DNA of 62,685 nt, filler included, from Stramenopiles sp. TOSAG23-2 (GCA_900128395.1; 4 parts of 4 records of this genome joined end to end with filler, not necessarily neighbours in it), one strand, 5' to 3'. Positions 1-11,672 are shown, counted from the first letter of the whole stretch. Translations and numbers: made by a program. The notes: a model not told the origin generated them from the sequence alone.

Positions 1-470
1 AAAATTTAAAAAACAAAAAACGTATATATGATATGTATCATAATATTCAAAATAATATCCATGATTACCAGAAATTGAAAAACTTTAAATATATTTTTTG
101 GTTTGAGAAAGTATTTTTTAATGTATGATATGTGTGGTAAATTTTTCCATGTTACTATACACATGTCATCAAGACTAAAAATTATTTTGAAAAATATATG
201 TGTTTGTGTGTGTATATACGAATACACAACACCGTACATATAAAAAATATCAAATTATACGTATAATAATGATTTTATATATATGCGTAAATTGTAAATT
301 ATTATTGACTTTCGTCTTTCGTACATGATACATATTTTATACTCTCGTAATATATATATAATAAATATGCATATGATAATAAGCGTCGTATAAATATACA
401 TTATACTTTCGCGCATACAAAAAAAGTACGAATCTCTCACACCTCATCGTCAAAGCACAAAAATAGTTTT

Positions 471-3400
471 TTACATCAAAGTTCCTGCTCTACTATTTTT
501 CAATAGCCAAGTAAATGCTTCAACAAATGCATCGCGCGTCGATTGGTCTTCAAACTCTAAATTAACCTGTCTAGTTACCAATCGCAATGTTACTGTTAAA
601 CGATCATCCGCAAACGAGACATCATTTTCCATCCTTTGGATATCTTTCACAGCAAATCGTTTTGTTTCTTTAGAACCTCTAGCTAAAGCTCTCCACGCAA
701 AGTGCTTGAAGTCACTGGTTACATATATGAATCGCCGTTGGCGTTTACTAGTGGTGGCATGTTTATAGCACAAAAACCCTTTCTTTAATGCTCGTCTCAT
801 TCTTTGGTCTCTTATCCTTTGTTCTTCTTCTATACGATGGCGATTGTTTGGGCTATTTGTGCCATTTGGACTATTACTATCATTGTTTACCATCGATTTA
901 ACAACTGCGCGTGCATGTGCTTCTTGTATATGCTTTCGAATATAGGAAACTGACTTTTCCATAATCATATTTAGACATTGTTGCAAATTATTGTTATACA
1001 TTTGTAAAAACGTTTGCGCTTCGTCTACGGAAAAATCAGGATACATTTCATTGATTCTATTTGCGTTCTTTCTAACGCTTGGCGAATTCATATTTGACTG
1101 AGAGGAGTTAGTCGATGTATTTGACGCATTTGACAAACTACGATTGGTAATAGATTGCCCAGTGATACCACTATTATTATTTTGACCATTGTCAGATGTT
1201 CCATTGCTCATACTTTGTTGCTGCTGTTGCTGTTCTCTTACTGCTTGCATCTGGTTAATCACATTTTTTGGCGACCCACCTTGACTATTCTTGTTGGTAT
1301 TATTATTAATTGTGGGGGATGATTGCGCTTTGCCCTTAAGTCCACGCATACGATGGCCCGGTGACGTAGGTGCCATATGCATAACACTTTTGCTTTTTTG
1401 AATTTGTTCATTACTCAGTCTTTCATTACGTCTTTCAAACAATTTGCCATAATCATATCCTTTGTTTTTGCTGGTGATATTCATATTGTTCATCGAAGAA
1501 TTTAAGGAATTTGAACTTTGATAATTGATTGATTTATTGCTCCTACCAGCTCGTAATAAATTTGGTTGAAATGCAGATGTCCTAGAATCACCAAATCCTC
1601 CCATACTTGCAGGTGATAACAACGCAATGCCACCATCCGTATTATTACTATTATTACTATTATTACTATTGTTATTATTAGGCAGCCCGATGGATGCGGG
1701 TGAGGTTGTTGGCATTACGGCTTGTGGACTTGTTAAAATTTCGACATTCGCATCGTTAACGTGTTGCTCCCCGCCATTGCCCAGTGCCAACGTGTTTGAA
1801 TTCAAAGTTAACAAACGGGATAATAAGCCTCTACCTGTTTTATCTTGATTCTTTCTATTAAAATGTTGCTGATTTGTCGACAATGGAGACTGTAGCAATG
1901 AAAATGCTGCCGCACCTCCTTGCGGCGAAGTATGTTGTGAACTTGGACTAAATCTCGCATTGTTGCTGCCTTGAGGTCGCAAGGTGGTGTTCGGCGATGA
2001 AAAATCCCTCATTGTCGTGCGTCGCCCTCGTGTTTTTTTCTTTTGATGTTGGATAAACTGACCCATCGTACTATTAATCACTTCACCTTCTGACCGTTCG
2101 CTATGCAAATAATCGCAACAATCGTCCCGCTTCCACATCGCTAGGTATTTGGCATTTAAATTCATAGATCCTCTCATCAATCCAGCTGGATATGAACATG
2201 TTATACGGCGTTTTGCTAAAATTTTCGTGATTCTTGAGCGGCTTAACGTGCGGCTCAATTGTTGGAAAAGCGCTTTAACCATATTGGCAGGTCGAAGTGG
2301 CCCATTTTCATCTTCCATTCCATCAAATGCAAATAATGATGTGCGCAGAATAGCATCAAGAAAGTTTCCAAAGTACAAACGATTACGAGCCTTTCGTCGG
2401 CTGGAGTTTTGAAATAACGATGGATTTATCCGTGTCGTTTCCCCATCGTTACTAGACATCGTCAACGCTAATGGCTTTCCAAACGCATCGCGGCCAGTAG
2501 CACTGCTATGCAACAGTTGCCGATGTCGCCGTTGTCTTATAGAATCATCTGGATGCCCACCGATACGAGATAATAATACCTCACTATTGTTATGGCAAGA
2601 TGCCAAGAAAACTTCTCCTATTTGTTGCAAACTTAAGGCTAAATCATTTTTTAGGTCAAAATCTTGTACAAAGGTCATCCAGTCTTTGTAACCAAGGCAT
2701 AAACCGAATTCCCGCAATGCTTTCGGGTCAAGTTCGCTCGCAGGGGAATAAAATCGAAAAATATCATACAACGGTCCTTTGAATAGACGCGCAGTTTCAA
2801 CAACTTCATCCAACAACAGCAATTTTGATTGTTCCTCCCACACATTGACACTCCACCTGCGGCCGTATGGCAACATGTATTCCACCAACAATTCGCAAAA
2901 TGCTGCTTCTAATGCTTCTTGCGATGGGCCGGTCTGCCATTGATTATCACGTGGCGTACATGCGCGGCTTGAAACATTCATTAATGCATTTAAGAATTCA
3001 TCATAATTCATTTTCCCACTTGAACCCGTTTGACCACGAGATTCTGCAGAGTAAATGACACGAAAAGATGCAGCTGGAGTCCGGCTAGCAGTGCCAGAAC
3101 CTAATAATTCAACATCTCGCATTAATTGCAACCAATGATGGCAACGTAAATGTTCTACCTCTTTTGCATCTCCATGGACACAATAGAAGGTAAATATCCT
3201 CCATAATTCTGATTCAATATCCACATCAGATGCTGCCGCATTAATTAAACGTTCCATTGGTGGTTGTTGTGGCTGCTGTTGCGATACACCACTATTATTT
3301 TGCATACTGCTCATGATTTTATTCCCTTGTGTTCCATTGATGTTATTATTATTATTATTACTACTACTATTATTATTTCCAAAAGCTCGGGTCATAGAAT

Positions 3401-3938
3401 GTGCAGTTTTTAAAATAATATGTATACCAGGTCGATCCCGTGCATCTTCAGAAAACATTGCTTCTATTTTTGCATGCTCAGGCCATGCACATCCCTCATC
3501 ATCTTGCAATAAACAATCGTTTGTTGGTAGATTAAAGTACCGTGCCGCATCACGCCTTAATTGTCCAAACGTATATTGTGGGGTTATCCACGAACTTAAG
3601 CTTTCCCCATTAAAATTAACACTAACCTTATTGGACATTCCTGGGGCATTGCCGCCGCGTCTTATCGTTAAATGTGGTAAAAAATCCGTTGCAGCGATTG
3701 ATTTCTCTTGTCTTAAACTTACGGGAACGCCATCTGGTAGTAGAAAATTAAATTTCTTTGGAACATGATCTAGTTCTTCATTAATTTTTTGTCTAACATG
3801 TGCTAATGTTTTAATACTATCATTCACTTCAATGAAACCAAGAAAATCACCATCTTCTAACGCTAATCTTAACACATCCGATGCAGACCATGCTTGCTGT
3901 GGTGGCACGGCAGTATTTTCATTATCCATATTACTCAT
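471..3938 (-). CDS. 1155-aa multidomain protein: possible N-terminal ubiquitin-like folds, EF-hand/p25-alpha-like helical region, Asn/Gln/Ser low-complexity linker, C-terminal PH domain
   Basis: Long uninterrupted ORF. 'ELWRIFTFYC...HWLQLMRD...MNYDEFLNALMNVS' resembles p25-alpha/EF-hand-like modules. 'KKGFLCYKH...RRFIYVTSDFKHFAW...LEFEDQSTRDAFVEAF' is PH-like. Confidence 0.75.
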   Translation of the reverse strand: MSNMDNENTAVPPQQAWSASDVLRLALEDGDFLGFIEVNDSIKTLAHVRQKINEELDHVPKKFNFLLPDGVPVSLRQEKSIAATDFLPHLTIRRGGNAPGMSNKVSVNFNGESLSSWITPQYTFGQLRRDAARYFNLPTNDCLLQDDEGCAWPEHAKIEAMFSEDARDRPGIHIILKTAHSMTRAFGNNNSSSNNNNNNINGTQGNKIMSSMQNNSGVSQQQPQQPPMERLINAAASDVDIESELWRIFTFYCVHGDAKEVEHLRCHHWLQLMRDVELLGSGTASRTPAASFRVIYSAESRGQTGSSGKMNYDEFLNALMNVSSRACTPRDNQWQTGPSQEALEAAFCELLVEYMLPYGRRWSVNVWEEQSKLLLLDEVVETARLFKGPLYDIFRFYSPASELDPKALREFGLCLGYKDWMTFVQDFDLKNDLALSLQQIGEVFLASCHNNSEVLLSRIGGHPDDSIRQRRHRQLLHSSATGRDAFGKPLALTMSSNDGETTRINPSLFQNSSRRKARNRLYFGNFLDAILRTSLFAFDGMEDENGPLRPANMVKALFQQLSRTLSRSRITKILAKRRITCSYPAGLMRGSMNLNAKYLAMWKRDDCCDYLHSERSEGEVINSTMGQFIQHQKKKTRGRRTTMRDFSSPNTTLRPQGSNNARFSPSSQHTSPQGGAAAFSLLQSPLSTNQQHFNRKNQDKTGRGLLSRLLTLNSNTLALGNGGEQHVNDANVEILTSPQAVMPTTSPASIGLPNNNNSNNSNNSNNTDGGIALLSPASMGGFGDSRTSAFQPNLLRAGRSNKSINYQSSNSLNSSMNNMNITSKNKGYDYGKLFERRNERLSNEQIQKSKSVMHMAPTSPGHRMRGLKGKAQSSPTINNNTNKNSQGGSPKNVINQMQAVREQQQQQQSMSNGTSDNGQNNNSGITGQSITNRSLSNASNTSTNSSQSNMNSPSVRKNANRINEMYPDFSVDEAQTFLQMYNNNLQQCLNMIMEKSVSYIRKHIQEAHARAVVKSMVNNDSNSPNGTNSPNNRHRIEEEQRIRDQRMRRALKKGFLCYKHATTSKRQRRFIYVTSDFKHFAWRALARGSKETKRFAVKDIQRMENDVSFADDRLTVTLRLVTRQVNLEFEDQSTRDAFVEAFTWLLKNSRAGTLM

Positions 3939-4352
3939 ATTACTGATATATATATATATATGTATATTACCTTTCTTTGTCTTTATCTATGTTTATATGC
4001 ACAATATATATATATATTTAAATAATATATATGTATTTTTAATATATATATAATTATTGATTACAAATTATATTTCTGTAGGAGATTCGGTGTATTTTAT
4101 AAATAAATACTTAAATATCTATCTATAAATTTATATATGGCTATCTCTTCCTTCTATCTATATAATTATGAACCTACTTATTAATCTATTATTGTACGTA
4201 TATCTATCTGCATGTATCTGTATTATTATATGACAAACATTAGTCTTTAATATACAATTTTATTTATAATATATACACAGATCTTCTAACTTATATATAT
4301 CGATCCAATAATAATTACTAACGATATAATCATCATCATATTGCCACCATAA

Positions 4353-4579
4353 TATGGCCATATGCCCTCTCGAAACATCTCGGACTGTTCCCACTTTCTT
4401 ATACTTGTTAGTATAAGATCAGCACTAATAACAAATATAAAATTTGGAAATTTGGTGAGGCCTTCGGCTGTCTTTTCTTTGCTATGTCTATAGTAAAGAT
4501 AAGACTACAGAAAGTTACACTTAACTTTCATAGGCGAAATGGCCCGAGATGTTTCGAGAGAAATGGCCATATGGCCATA
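4353..4579. mobile_element. MITE-like element with imperfect terminal inverted repeats and TA at both ends
   Basis: tatggccatatg (4353-4364) and ctctcgaaacatctcgg (4367-4383) are exact reverse complements of catatggccata (4568-4579) and ccgagatgtttcgagag (4544-4560). The 160-bp interior has no recognisable coding capacity. Confidence 0.5.
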
Positions 4580-5111
4580 CCAAATAGCCAAATAGCTTTG
4601 TGGTGGGATTATAGGAAATGGATCGTTGACAATCCTGTGTCCATTGTAAACCAAGAGAAGAAGAGGGTGTTATTTTAATTTTCCATTGAACATGATAGGA
4701 AATATACTTAATACCTAGTAGTATAACATTGTAGTCAAAATCGCGATCAAAAAAATCGACAATCGACGATATTTTTTTTTTGAAAAACAACGAAGATGTT
4801 GCCAATACCAAGCCGGGCAAGCACCAAAGCACATCACAACAACACAACAACAAAAAACAACAACACTGAAAATTACACTCTAACAACGCACCACTATACA
4901 ACGCACTATAATAAGCACCTAACTCAATAACGCGATTTGTTACTCGCGACTCGCGAAGACGGAGTACAGATGGTAAGCGAAGAGGCGAGGATCTCGACTA
5001 GCGATTACTAATTGTTATTGAAACCCCATCGCCATATCAATATCTAATTCCGTAAATACTTTCCTCAACGCATGATAATAAATAATATATTAATACGGTA
5101 TATTATTTATT

Positions 5112-8100
5112 ATGGCGACAAAAGAATCAACTATGGAGCATGAAAAAACAATGGCTACGGGAAAAAGTAATTCTGGTAATTCCTTGTCATATTATAATGT
5201 CCGTGTTTCTCCAGGTGGTGTTCAACCATATCATGCTAATGTAATGTCAGCTGGGCCGAAATTTTTTGCATATTGTTCTACCATAGCAATATATATTTAT
5301 AAATTAAATGGGTTTTCTTTTCAAAGGCTTATTCAAGCACATGATAAAGTTATTACATGTATTAAGTGGTCACCAATATATGGTAATGTTTTAGCAAGTT
5401 GTTCATCTGATTTTATGATTAAAATTTGGAACACGGATAATGGGAAGAAACTAGCAAATTTTCGGCATAATAATGCAATTGTAACATTAGCATGGAACCA
5501 ACACGTCAATTCACTTGTTTTTATCGATAGGAGTGGTAAATGTTTTTTATGGGATATTCCTGCATGGCCGAAATTCGATGGAAATGCATCTGGTAATATC
5601 AATGAAAAACATGGAACTGTGCGTTTGATAACGTATTCAGATGCAACCATGAGTAAATTATCAGCAAATAGTTATGCTGTAGAAATAGCATGGAATTTAG
5701 AACATTCCAATTGTGTTGCTATAGGTCATGCATGCGGGCGTATTGTTGTGAAAAAGATTGGAAAATCAGAAAAAATATTGTCCAATAAATCAAAAAAACG
5801 TGGCAAAGTCCTTTTTTTACAATGGGATACAAGATCAGTATCGTATTTATTAGTTGGTTATCATAATGGTAGTATTTCATTATGGGATGTTGATAGTTGT
5901 ACAGAAGCACAAGTTTATAATACAGGACATAATAATGTAAAAAAAAGGAATAACAAAGAACCTGTTTTAAACGGTTTGCAATGGATACACGGCCAAGTCG
6001 GAAATTTTCTATCAGTAGAATATGCCACAGGTAAATTAAAAGTCTGGAATGTTTCACAGAAAGAAGCATTAGGTTCATATTTTGTTAAAAGCGAGAAAAT
6101 AAAAAAACGTGTGGATACTCGTAATCATTTAAGTCTAGTATGTCCGTTGATGGATAAAGGTTATGATCAGAAATCATTAGTATCATTTACGGATGGTAGT
6201 GTAGGTTTATATAATTTGAAAACACATCGATTGGAGTATCAATCGTTTGAAGGCCATCGAGAAACCATTTTCGGTATGGCTTTTTGCCCAACCAATAAAA
6301 ATTTTTTAGCTACAAGTTCCTTCGATGGTATGGTGAAGATGTGGCATTTTCCAACAATGACGCTTCGTAATAGCTTGGAGTTCCAAAGCAGCGTCTATAA
6401 CATCTCCTTTTCACCATGTGGCAAATTGTTAGTATGCGTAACTGAAAATGGCATGATTGCTATTTTCAATGCATTATCTAAAGGCGAAAGGGGTCAAGCA
6501 ACAAGCAATAATAACAAGAATAACATCAGTAACGGTTCAAAAGATGATGGTATTATAGCCTCATTTTGTACCGATTGCCGGATGTATAATTGCGATTGGA
6601 ATCAAATCGATGACGCGTTAATTGTAGCAACTGGGGAAACAAACTATGCCTATGTTATTGATGATCGTGGCGGATTATTTGCAAAATTTCGACACCCAGC
6701 AGAATGTTTTGGCTGTCAATGGAAAATAGGCGATGCGAGATTATTTGTAACTGGTTGCCACGATGGTATAGTTAGGATATTCGACTCTGGACTTTTGGAT
6801 CACACATGTCTCATCGAATTGGATGGACATTCGGATCGTGTTTTTAATGTTGCGTTTTCACCTTTAAATACAAATTTCATAGCAAGTTGTTCAAATGACA
6901 AAACTATTCGAGTGTGGAAAATACAGCGTATTAACCACAATGAAGAAACTAGGGCTAATCTTACTGGTTCCTGCAGGTGTGTGTTAAATGGGCATAGTGA
7001 AAATGTCCGTGCATTGAAATGGTGCACGGAACTGCCCTTCATTTTATATAGTGGCTCGTGGGATGCTACCATTCGTATATGGAATACTGATACAAACGAA
7101 TGTTTGTGTGTAATAAAGGAGCATCAAGCTGATGTTTACCAAATTGCATCTCACCCAGGTAGACCATTTCGTTTTATTTCATGCAGCCGTGATACTACGC
7201 TCCGTGTTTGGGGAATGAATGGACATACCAAGTATAGAATTATTAGCAATTTTTTCAGTGCAAATTTTTCCTATGCAAAGAGAGATTACATGGGGATAGT
7301 CTTGAAAAGCTCGTTAAAGCGCCCATATTTGTGTAGTAATTTTTACAAAAAAAACTTTTATTACTTTCCATTTACTAACGATGATAATCTTGGTCAACAA
7401 AATGACCGCCAAGATTATATGTATAAACCAAATATTAATTATTGGATTCAAATTTTTGAGTACATTGAATGTGCAGAAGGAATTGATGAATTTTTAAATA
7501 TTTTAATTGTACAATATAATAATATCATGAACAAAAATAGTTACAGTTCTAATAATTCCACTTCAAAAGGCAATGTTCTAAAAATCATTAATTGTAGCAA
7601 AAATGATCTAGATGATGATGGACAACCATTGTTCCCATCGCGAGTTTTATATCCGAAAAATGCTGTAAAAAATCGTTTACAAGAAGCAAAAGAACTGATA
7701 ACGAGTGCTACCATGAGGCGCTTTTCGGGAATAGGTAATTTAAAATCAAGTGATAAATTAAAAATTGCATATGAGAAATATATACGTCTTGGTGAAATTA
7801 AAAAAGCATGTGAGGCTTTAATTAAAATTGGTAAATGGGAAAAGGCTATTTCCCTGTCACCAGGTGTATCTATTGATTATTGGAAAAAGTTAAGTGCACG
7901 ATATGCACAACACTTGGATGAGAATGAAGATAAATGTGTTTTAGATTACCACGTTGCAGTGGGTGATTTAAAAAGTGCACAGGAATATTTAATTTCAGAA
8001 GGCTCTTGGGACGATGCAGTTATACTATCAACAGCATGGAACCAAAAAAAGCAAGAAAACAATAATAGTAGAGAAGATCATCAGCGCAATCGAGTAGTTG

Positions 8101-8531
8101 AATCTGGTAGTGAAGATGATGAACACAATGACAGCAACAATACTGAGGCAATAAAAAGATCAAATGAAATTGGTGAATTGATTTATCCTGTTGCACAATT
8201 TTATGAAGCTAGAAATGAACCATTATTAGCAGCAGCAACTTATATTGGAGTTGGTCAGTTTGAAAAAGCAATTCAAATATTATTAGAATTTAATGAACTA
8301 TTTGCAGCTTTCATCGTTGCATTAACATTTCGATGCCATCTATTTCAAAATCAATTTTCAAAAGGCATGTATGTGAAATGCATAGAATTATTTGCATCAT
8401 GTTTTGAAAAATGTGGCAATAAAATTAAATTTAGCAATTTAATAATAGAAGAGCATTTGTCAAAATATGGCATTGATACGAGTAGCAACAGTAATAGTAA
8501 TAATAATAACAGCAGGGAAACCAAAAAATGA
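5112..8531 (+). CDS. WDR17: WD repeat-containing protein 17 homolog
   Basis: Many GH..WD repeats. N-terminal 'PGGVQPY...FAYCSTIAIYIY' and C-terminal 'GEIKKACEALIKIGKWEKAISLSPGVSIDYWKKL' match recalled WDR17 signature segments. Confidence 0.88.
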   Translation: MATKESTMEHEKTMATGKSNSGNSLSYYNVRVSPGGVQPYHANVMSAGPKFFAYCSTIAIYIYKLNGFSFQRLIQAHDKVITCIKWSPIYGNVLASCSSDFMIKIWNTDNGKKLANFRHNNAIVTLAWNQHVNSLVFIDRSGKCFLWDIPAWPKFDGNASGNINEKHGTVRLITYSDATMSKLSANSYAVEIAWNLEHSNCVAIGHACGRIVVKKIGKSEKILSNKSKKRGKVLFLQWDTRSVSYLLVGYHNGSISLWDVDSCTEAQVYNTGHNNVKKRNNKEPVLNGLQWIHGQVGNFLSVEYATGKLKVWNVSQKEALGSYFVKSEKIKKRVDTRNHLSLVCPLMDKGYDQKSLVSFTDGSVGLYNLKTHRLEYQSFEGHRETIFGMAFCPTNKNFLATSSFDGMVKMWHFPTMTLRNSLEFQSSVYNISFSPCGKLLVCVTENGMIAIFNALSKGERGQATSNNNKNNISNGSKDDGIIASFCTDCRMYNCDWNQIDDALIVATGETNYAYVIDDRGGLFAKFRHPAECFGCQWKIGDARLFVTGCHDGIVRIFDSGLLDHTCLIELDGHSDRVFNVAFSPLNTNFIASCSNDKTIRVWKIQRINHNEETRANLTGSCRCVLNGHSENVRALKWCTELPFILYSGSWDATIRIWNTDTNECLCVIKEHQADVYQIASHPGRPFRFISCSRDTTLRVWGMNGHTKYRIISNFFSANFSYAKRDYMGIVLKSSLKRPYLCSNFYKKNFYYFPFTNDDNLGQQNDRQDYMYKPNINYWIQIFEYIECAEGIDEFLNILIVQYNNIMNKNSYSSNNSTSKGNVLKIINCSKNDLDDDGQPLFPSRVLYPKNAVKNRLQEAKELITSATMRRFSGIGNLKSSDKLKIAYEKYIRLGEIKKACEALIKIGKWEKAISLSPGVSIDYWKKLSARYAQHLDENEDKCVLDYHVAVGDLKSAQEYLISEGSWDDAVILSTAWNQKKQENNNSREDHQRNRVVESGSEDDEHNDSNNTEAIKRSNEIGELIYPVAQFYEARNEPLLAAATYIGVGQFEKAIQILLEFNELFAAFIVALTFRCHLFQNQFSKGMYVKCIELFASCFEKCGNKIKFSNLIIEEHLSKYGIDTSSNSNSNNNNSRETKK

Positions 8532-8904
8532 TAATGACCATCGTCATATACGAATTATTAAATATAGGATACACATGATGTGTGCCTGTTATTTTTAAAA
8601 CTTTTTTTTTATTTTAAAATAAATTAATACGGTAGATATATATATAATATGATAAAAATATGTTCTCTTTTTATTTTTTTTAAAATATACGAAGTTCGTA
8701 TTAAAAAAATTTACACACACAATTTTTGATTTCAGCCTCCCCCCCCCTCTCTCTTTGGCTCTTGGTTGTTCATACGTACGGCGTGTACAAATATTGTATG
8801 TCTTTACGCTTCGTATTTAATACGAACGCGCGATATTCTTCTTCTTCTTCTCCTTCACACATACATCACATAAATAAATATTTTCATAAAATATCGTTAT
8901 ATGC

Positions 8905-9573
8905 TTACATGGAAGCCCAATATGCGAAAGCTGCAGTTACACCGTACATAATCCAAACTTCGTCGTTGGTCTCTTTCCATGCAGCCCATGACATACCATG
9001 AATGAATATGATGGCTGCAATATTCGAAAGTAATATAACATAGAAGAATGTTTTTAAACCAGCAGCAGTCGAAGTTGGTGGATTCGATGTATTTTCTGAT
9101 ACCCATGTTAAGAATAAGATGGAAAGAAGATAAACAGATTTGTCATCAGCGGCATAATATGGCCAGTCGCTTGGTTTCATGAAGTATATAACGAATTGGC
9201 ATGCCCATGCAAAGTTAAAAAAGATGAAGAATGCACGTTGTTTAGCACTTCCTTCAACTTGTGTTACTGCTTTTGAAGAGTCTCCCCCCATGAAGTTAAA
9301 TATAGCAAGTGCAAGAACAGCCATTTTCGTTTCGTTGGTAAAGGTACCATTCATGTAGAATGCAAATAGGATGAATGCCAATGACCCGTGTCGTTTTGGT
9401 GCATCTTGCATTGGTACTAAATGATGCGCGATTGCATATGCAATAAGTCCAATACCAAATTGCTTTGCCCCATCACTTTCTGCTGGCAAACCACATAATG
9501 TTGCACCATTGCCAAATAATATGTTTAAACCCATTAATAAAAATGCTGCTAATGTTACTTTATATAATTCCAT
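8905..9573 (-). CDS. Multi-pass membrane protein of unknown family, paralog of 10512..11672
   Basis: 222-aa ORF with roughly 7-8 hydrophobic segments. Shares LAIFNFMGG/LAVLNFFGG and NTSNPPTSTAAGLK/NSRSPPSDLAEGLK with the neighbouring gene. Confidence 0.75.
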   Translation of the reverse strand: MELYKVTLAAFLLMGLNILFGNGATLCGLPAESDGAKQFGIGLIAYAIAHHLVPMQDAPKRHGSLAFILFAFYMNGTFTNETKMAVLALAIFNFMGGDSSKAVTQVEGSAKQRAFFIFFNFAWACQFVIYFMKPSDWPYYAADDKSVYLLSILFLTWVSENTSNPPTSTAAGLKTFFYVILLSNIAAIIFIHGMSWAAWKETNDEVWIMYGVTAAFAYWASM

Positions 9574-10511
9574 GTTGTATGTATATAATATTTGTCTTTG
9601 TTTATATTTTCGTTATTAATATATTAATAATTGTATAATATTTGATTACTTGTATTTGATTAATTTATAACTAATATATCTTTTTATTTATATATATATT
9701 TAATTTAATTTATTATATTCATCTTAACATTCCATTCGTTGTTTATTGTATTTTAAATTTCTATATGCATGACACATAAGAAACGTTAAAAAATGAGGCT
9801 TAACTTTTAATATCCTTTACCATCCTCTCTCCTACTACTTACCTGTACTACTGTCGCCTTCAACTTGACATCAATATTCCAATTGTGCAATTCAATAATC
9901 GATAAAATTATCATAAAAAACGATAAGTGCATTATATGGCCTGGTCATAAAAATATATATTTACCAATAATATCAGAAATGGATAAAATAAGATGGTGAA
10001 TATCCGATCTAAATTCATGTCTAAAAAAAGAGGGATTTTTTTACTCAAGCGTTTTTGTCGTTAATTTTTAGCTACAAAAAACTTTCCTCGCCTCCTATGT
10101 TTTCAATGGTATTCCCATGTTAAAATTTCAAAATAGAACAACACACGCCTTAAAATTTAATAAAAAAAAAACCATCCTCCCCAACTGTTTCATAGAGTTT
10201 AGTTTGCTAGTATTAGCATAGGAATAGCATGGGTGCAATTTACAGAGGGGAGCCAATCTATATCCTTTAACTTATATATTTCTGATGCCAATTCTTGTTG
10301 AATTTACTTCTTCAATAAAATAAAAATAATACACATATGTGTGTGTAAAAGACAACATACATTGTAGATAAATAACAAGATAAATAAATTGTCCGATTTA
10401 TTAAATAAAAAATATTAATAAAAAAAAAGAATAGATTAAAACATCTATATTAAATTAAAACCAAAAACAATAAATTATAATAACATAAAAGATATCAATT
10501 AAATATAAAAT

Positions 10512-11672
10512 ATGGTATCGACACGTAACAGAAAATTAAAGTCAAGAACACCGCCACCAAAAAAAAAGAAGGCACCAGCAAAAAAGAAGAAGGCTCCTGC
10601 AAAAAAGTCAAAGTCACCAGCGCCAAAGAAAAAAACACCAGCAAAGAAAGCACGCGCAAAGACACCAGCAAAGAAGAAGGCTCCTGCAAAAAAATCTAAA
10701 TCACCAGCGCCAAAGAAAAAAACGCCTGTGAAAAAAGCACGTGCAAAAACGCCACCAAAAAAGAAAACACCAGCTAAAAAGTCAAAATCACCAGCGCCAA
10801 AGAAAAAAACACCAGTTAAAAAATCACCAGCGCCAAAGAAAGCACGTGCTAAATCGCCAGCAAAGAAAGCAGCAAAGAAAGCAGCGCCAGCTGAAGAAGT
10901 AGCAGCACCTGTCAAATCATCTGGCAGGCCGTTGACAGAACAAGTATGGACCATTACAAATTATTATTTCTTATCGATGTTAGTTGTTGCATTAGTTCCA
11001 GACAGCTTTGGTATCACCAGTAAAGCACATGATTTCTTGATTCCAGGGGCAGCGTCGGCGGATTTAGCTACATTTACACGCTTCTGCACGTTGTTAGGCT
11101 TAATGGGTTACACGCAATTGTTTGGCGCAGCGCCACAAAATAAAGCAACTGCTTGTGCGTCGATGTCGTTTACATTTACTTTATGGACATACATTGCATA
11201 TACACAAGCTGGTGAAAAAGAATGGGGTGTCATTGGATTATACGGAGTATTGGCAGTATTGAACTTCTTCGGTGGATACGGCCAAAATAGCATTGCTGCA
11301 GATGGTACGGATTCCCAAAAATTTATCTGGTACATGGCATCCTTCTTATGGACGTTAACGGCTATACAAGATTTAATTACACCAGGTAATGCAATGGATA
11401 TTAGTCGTGCTTCGAACGATAATTTAGTACGCATGGGTGCACTTGTTGTAATTGCTGCATGTTCAATCAATTCACGTAGTCCACCATCAGATTTAGCAGA
11501 AGGTTTGAAATGGCAACGTGTATTATTCTTGCTTTACATCCTTACCCCAATCGTAACCCCAATGTTAAGTGGTAACATGAAAGTAACCGAATCAATAAAA
11601 GATGTAGCAAACATGAAAGGAATGCAAATGATAGCATTTAATTTCTTAGCAAGTATGTTACTATCCGCATAA
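10512..11672 (+). CDS. Membrane protein with a histone-H1-tail-like Lys/Ala/Pro-rich N-terminus (about 125 aa) and a multi-TM C-terminal domain
   Basis: 386-aa ORF. Repetitive KKKAPAKKSKSPAPKKKTPAKKARAKTPA region followed by hydrophobic helices. Confidence 0.8.
   Translation: MVSTRNRKLKSRTPPPKKKKAPAKKKKAPAKKSKSPAPKKKTPAKKARAKTPAKKKAPAKKSKSPAPKKKTPVKKARAKTPPKKKTPAKKSKSPAPKKKTPVKKSPAPKKARAKSPAKKAAKKAAPAEEVAAPVKSSGRPLTEQVWTITNYYFLSMLVVALVPDSFGITSKAHDFLIPGAASADLATFTRFCTLLGLMGYTQLFGAAPQNKATACASMSFTFTLWTYIAYTQAGEKEWGVIGLYGVLAVLNFFGGYGQNSIAADGTDSQKFIWYMASFLWTLTAIQDLITPGNAMDISRASNDNLVRMGALVVIAACSINSRSPPSDLAEGLKWQRVLFLLYILTPIVTPMLSGNMKVTESIKDVANMKGMQMIAFNFLASMLLSA
10584..10830 (+). repeat. Coding tandem repeat, 87-nt (29-aa) unit, about 2.8 copies
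   Basis: Units start at 10584, 10671 and 10758 (aagaagaaggctcctgcaaaaaa...), with mostly synonymous divergence. Confidence 0.85.

Noticed and set aside
1627-3768. Poly-Leu signal-peptide-like ORFs on the plus strand
   Set aside because: Antisense of (AAT)n poly-Asn tracts within the 1155-aa gene.
10499-10954. Phe/Ala/Gly-rich repetitive 151-aa ORF
   Set aside because: Antisense shadow of the Lys/Ala/Pro repeat gene.
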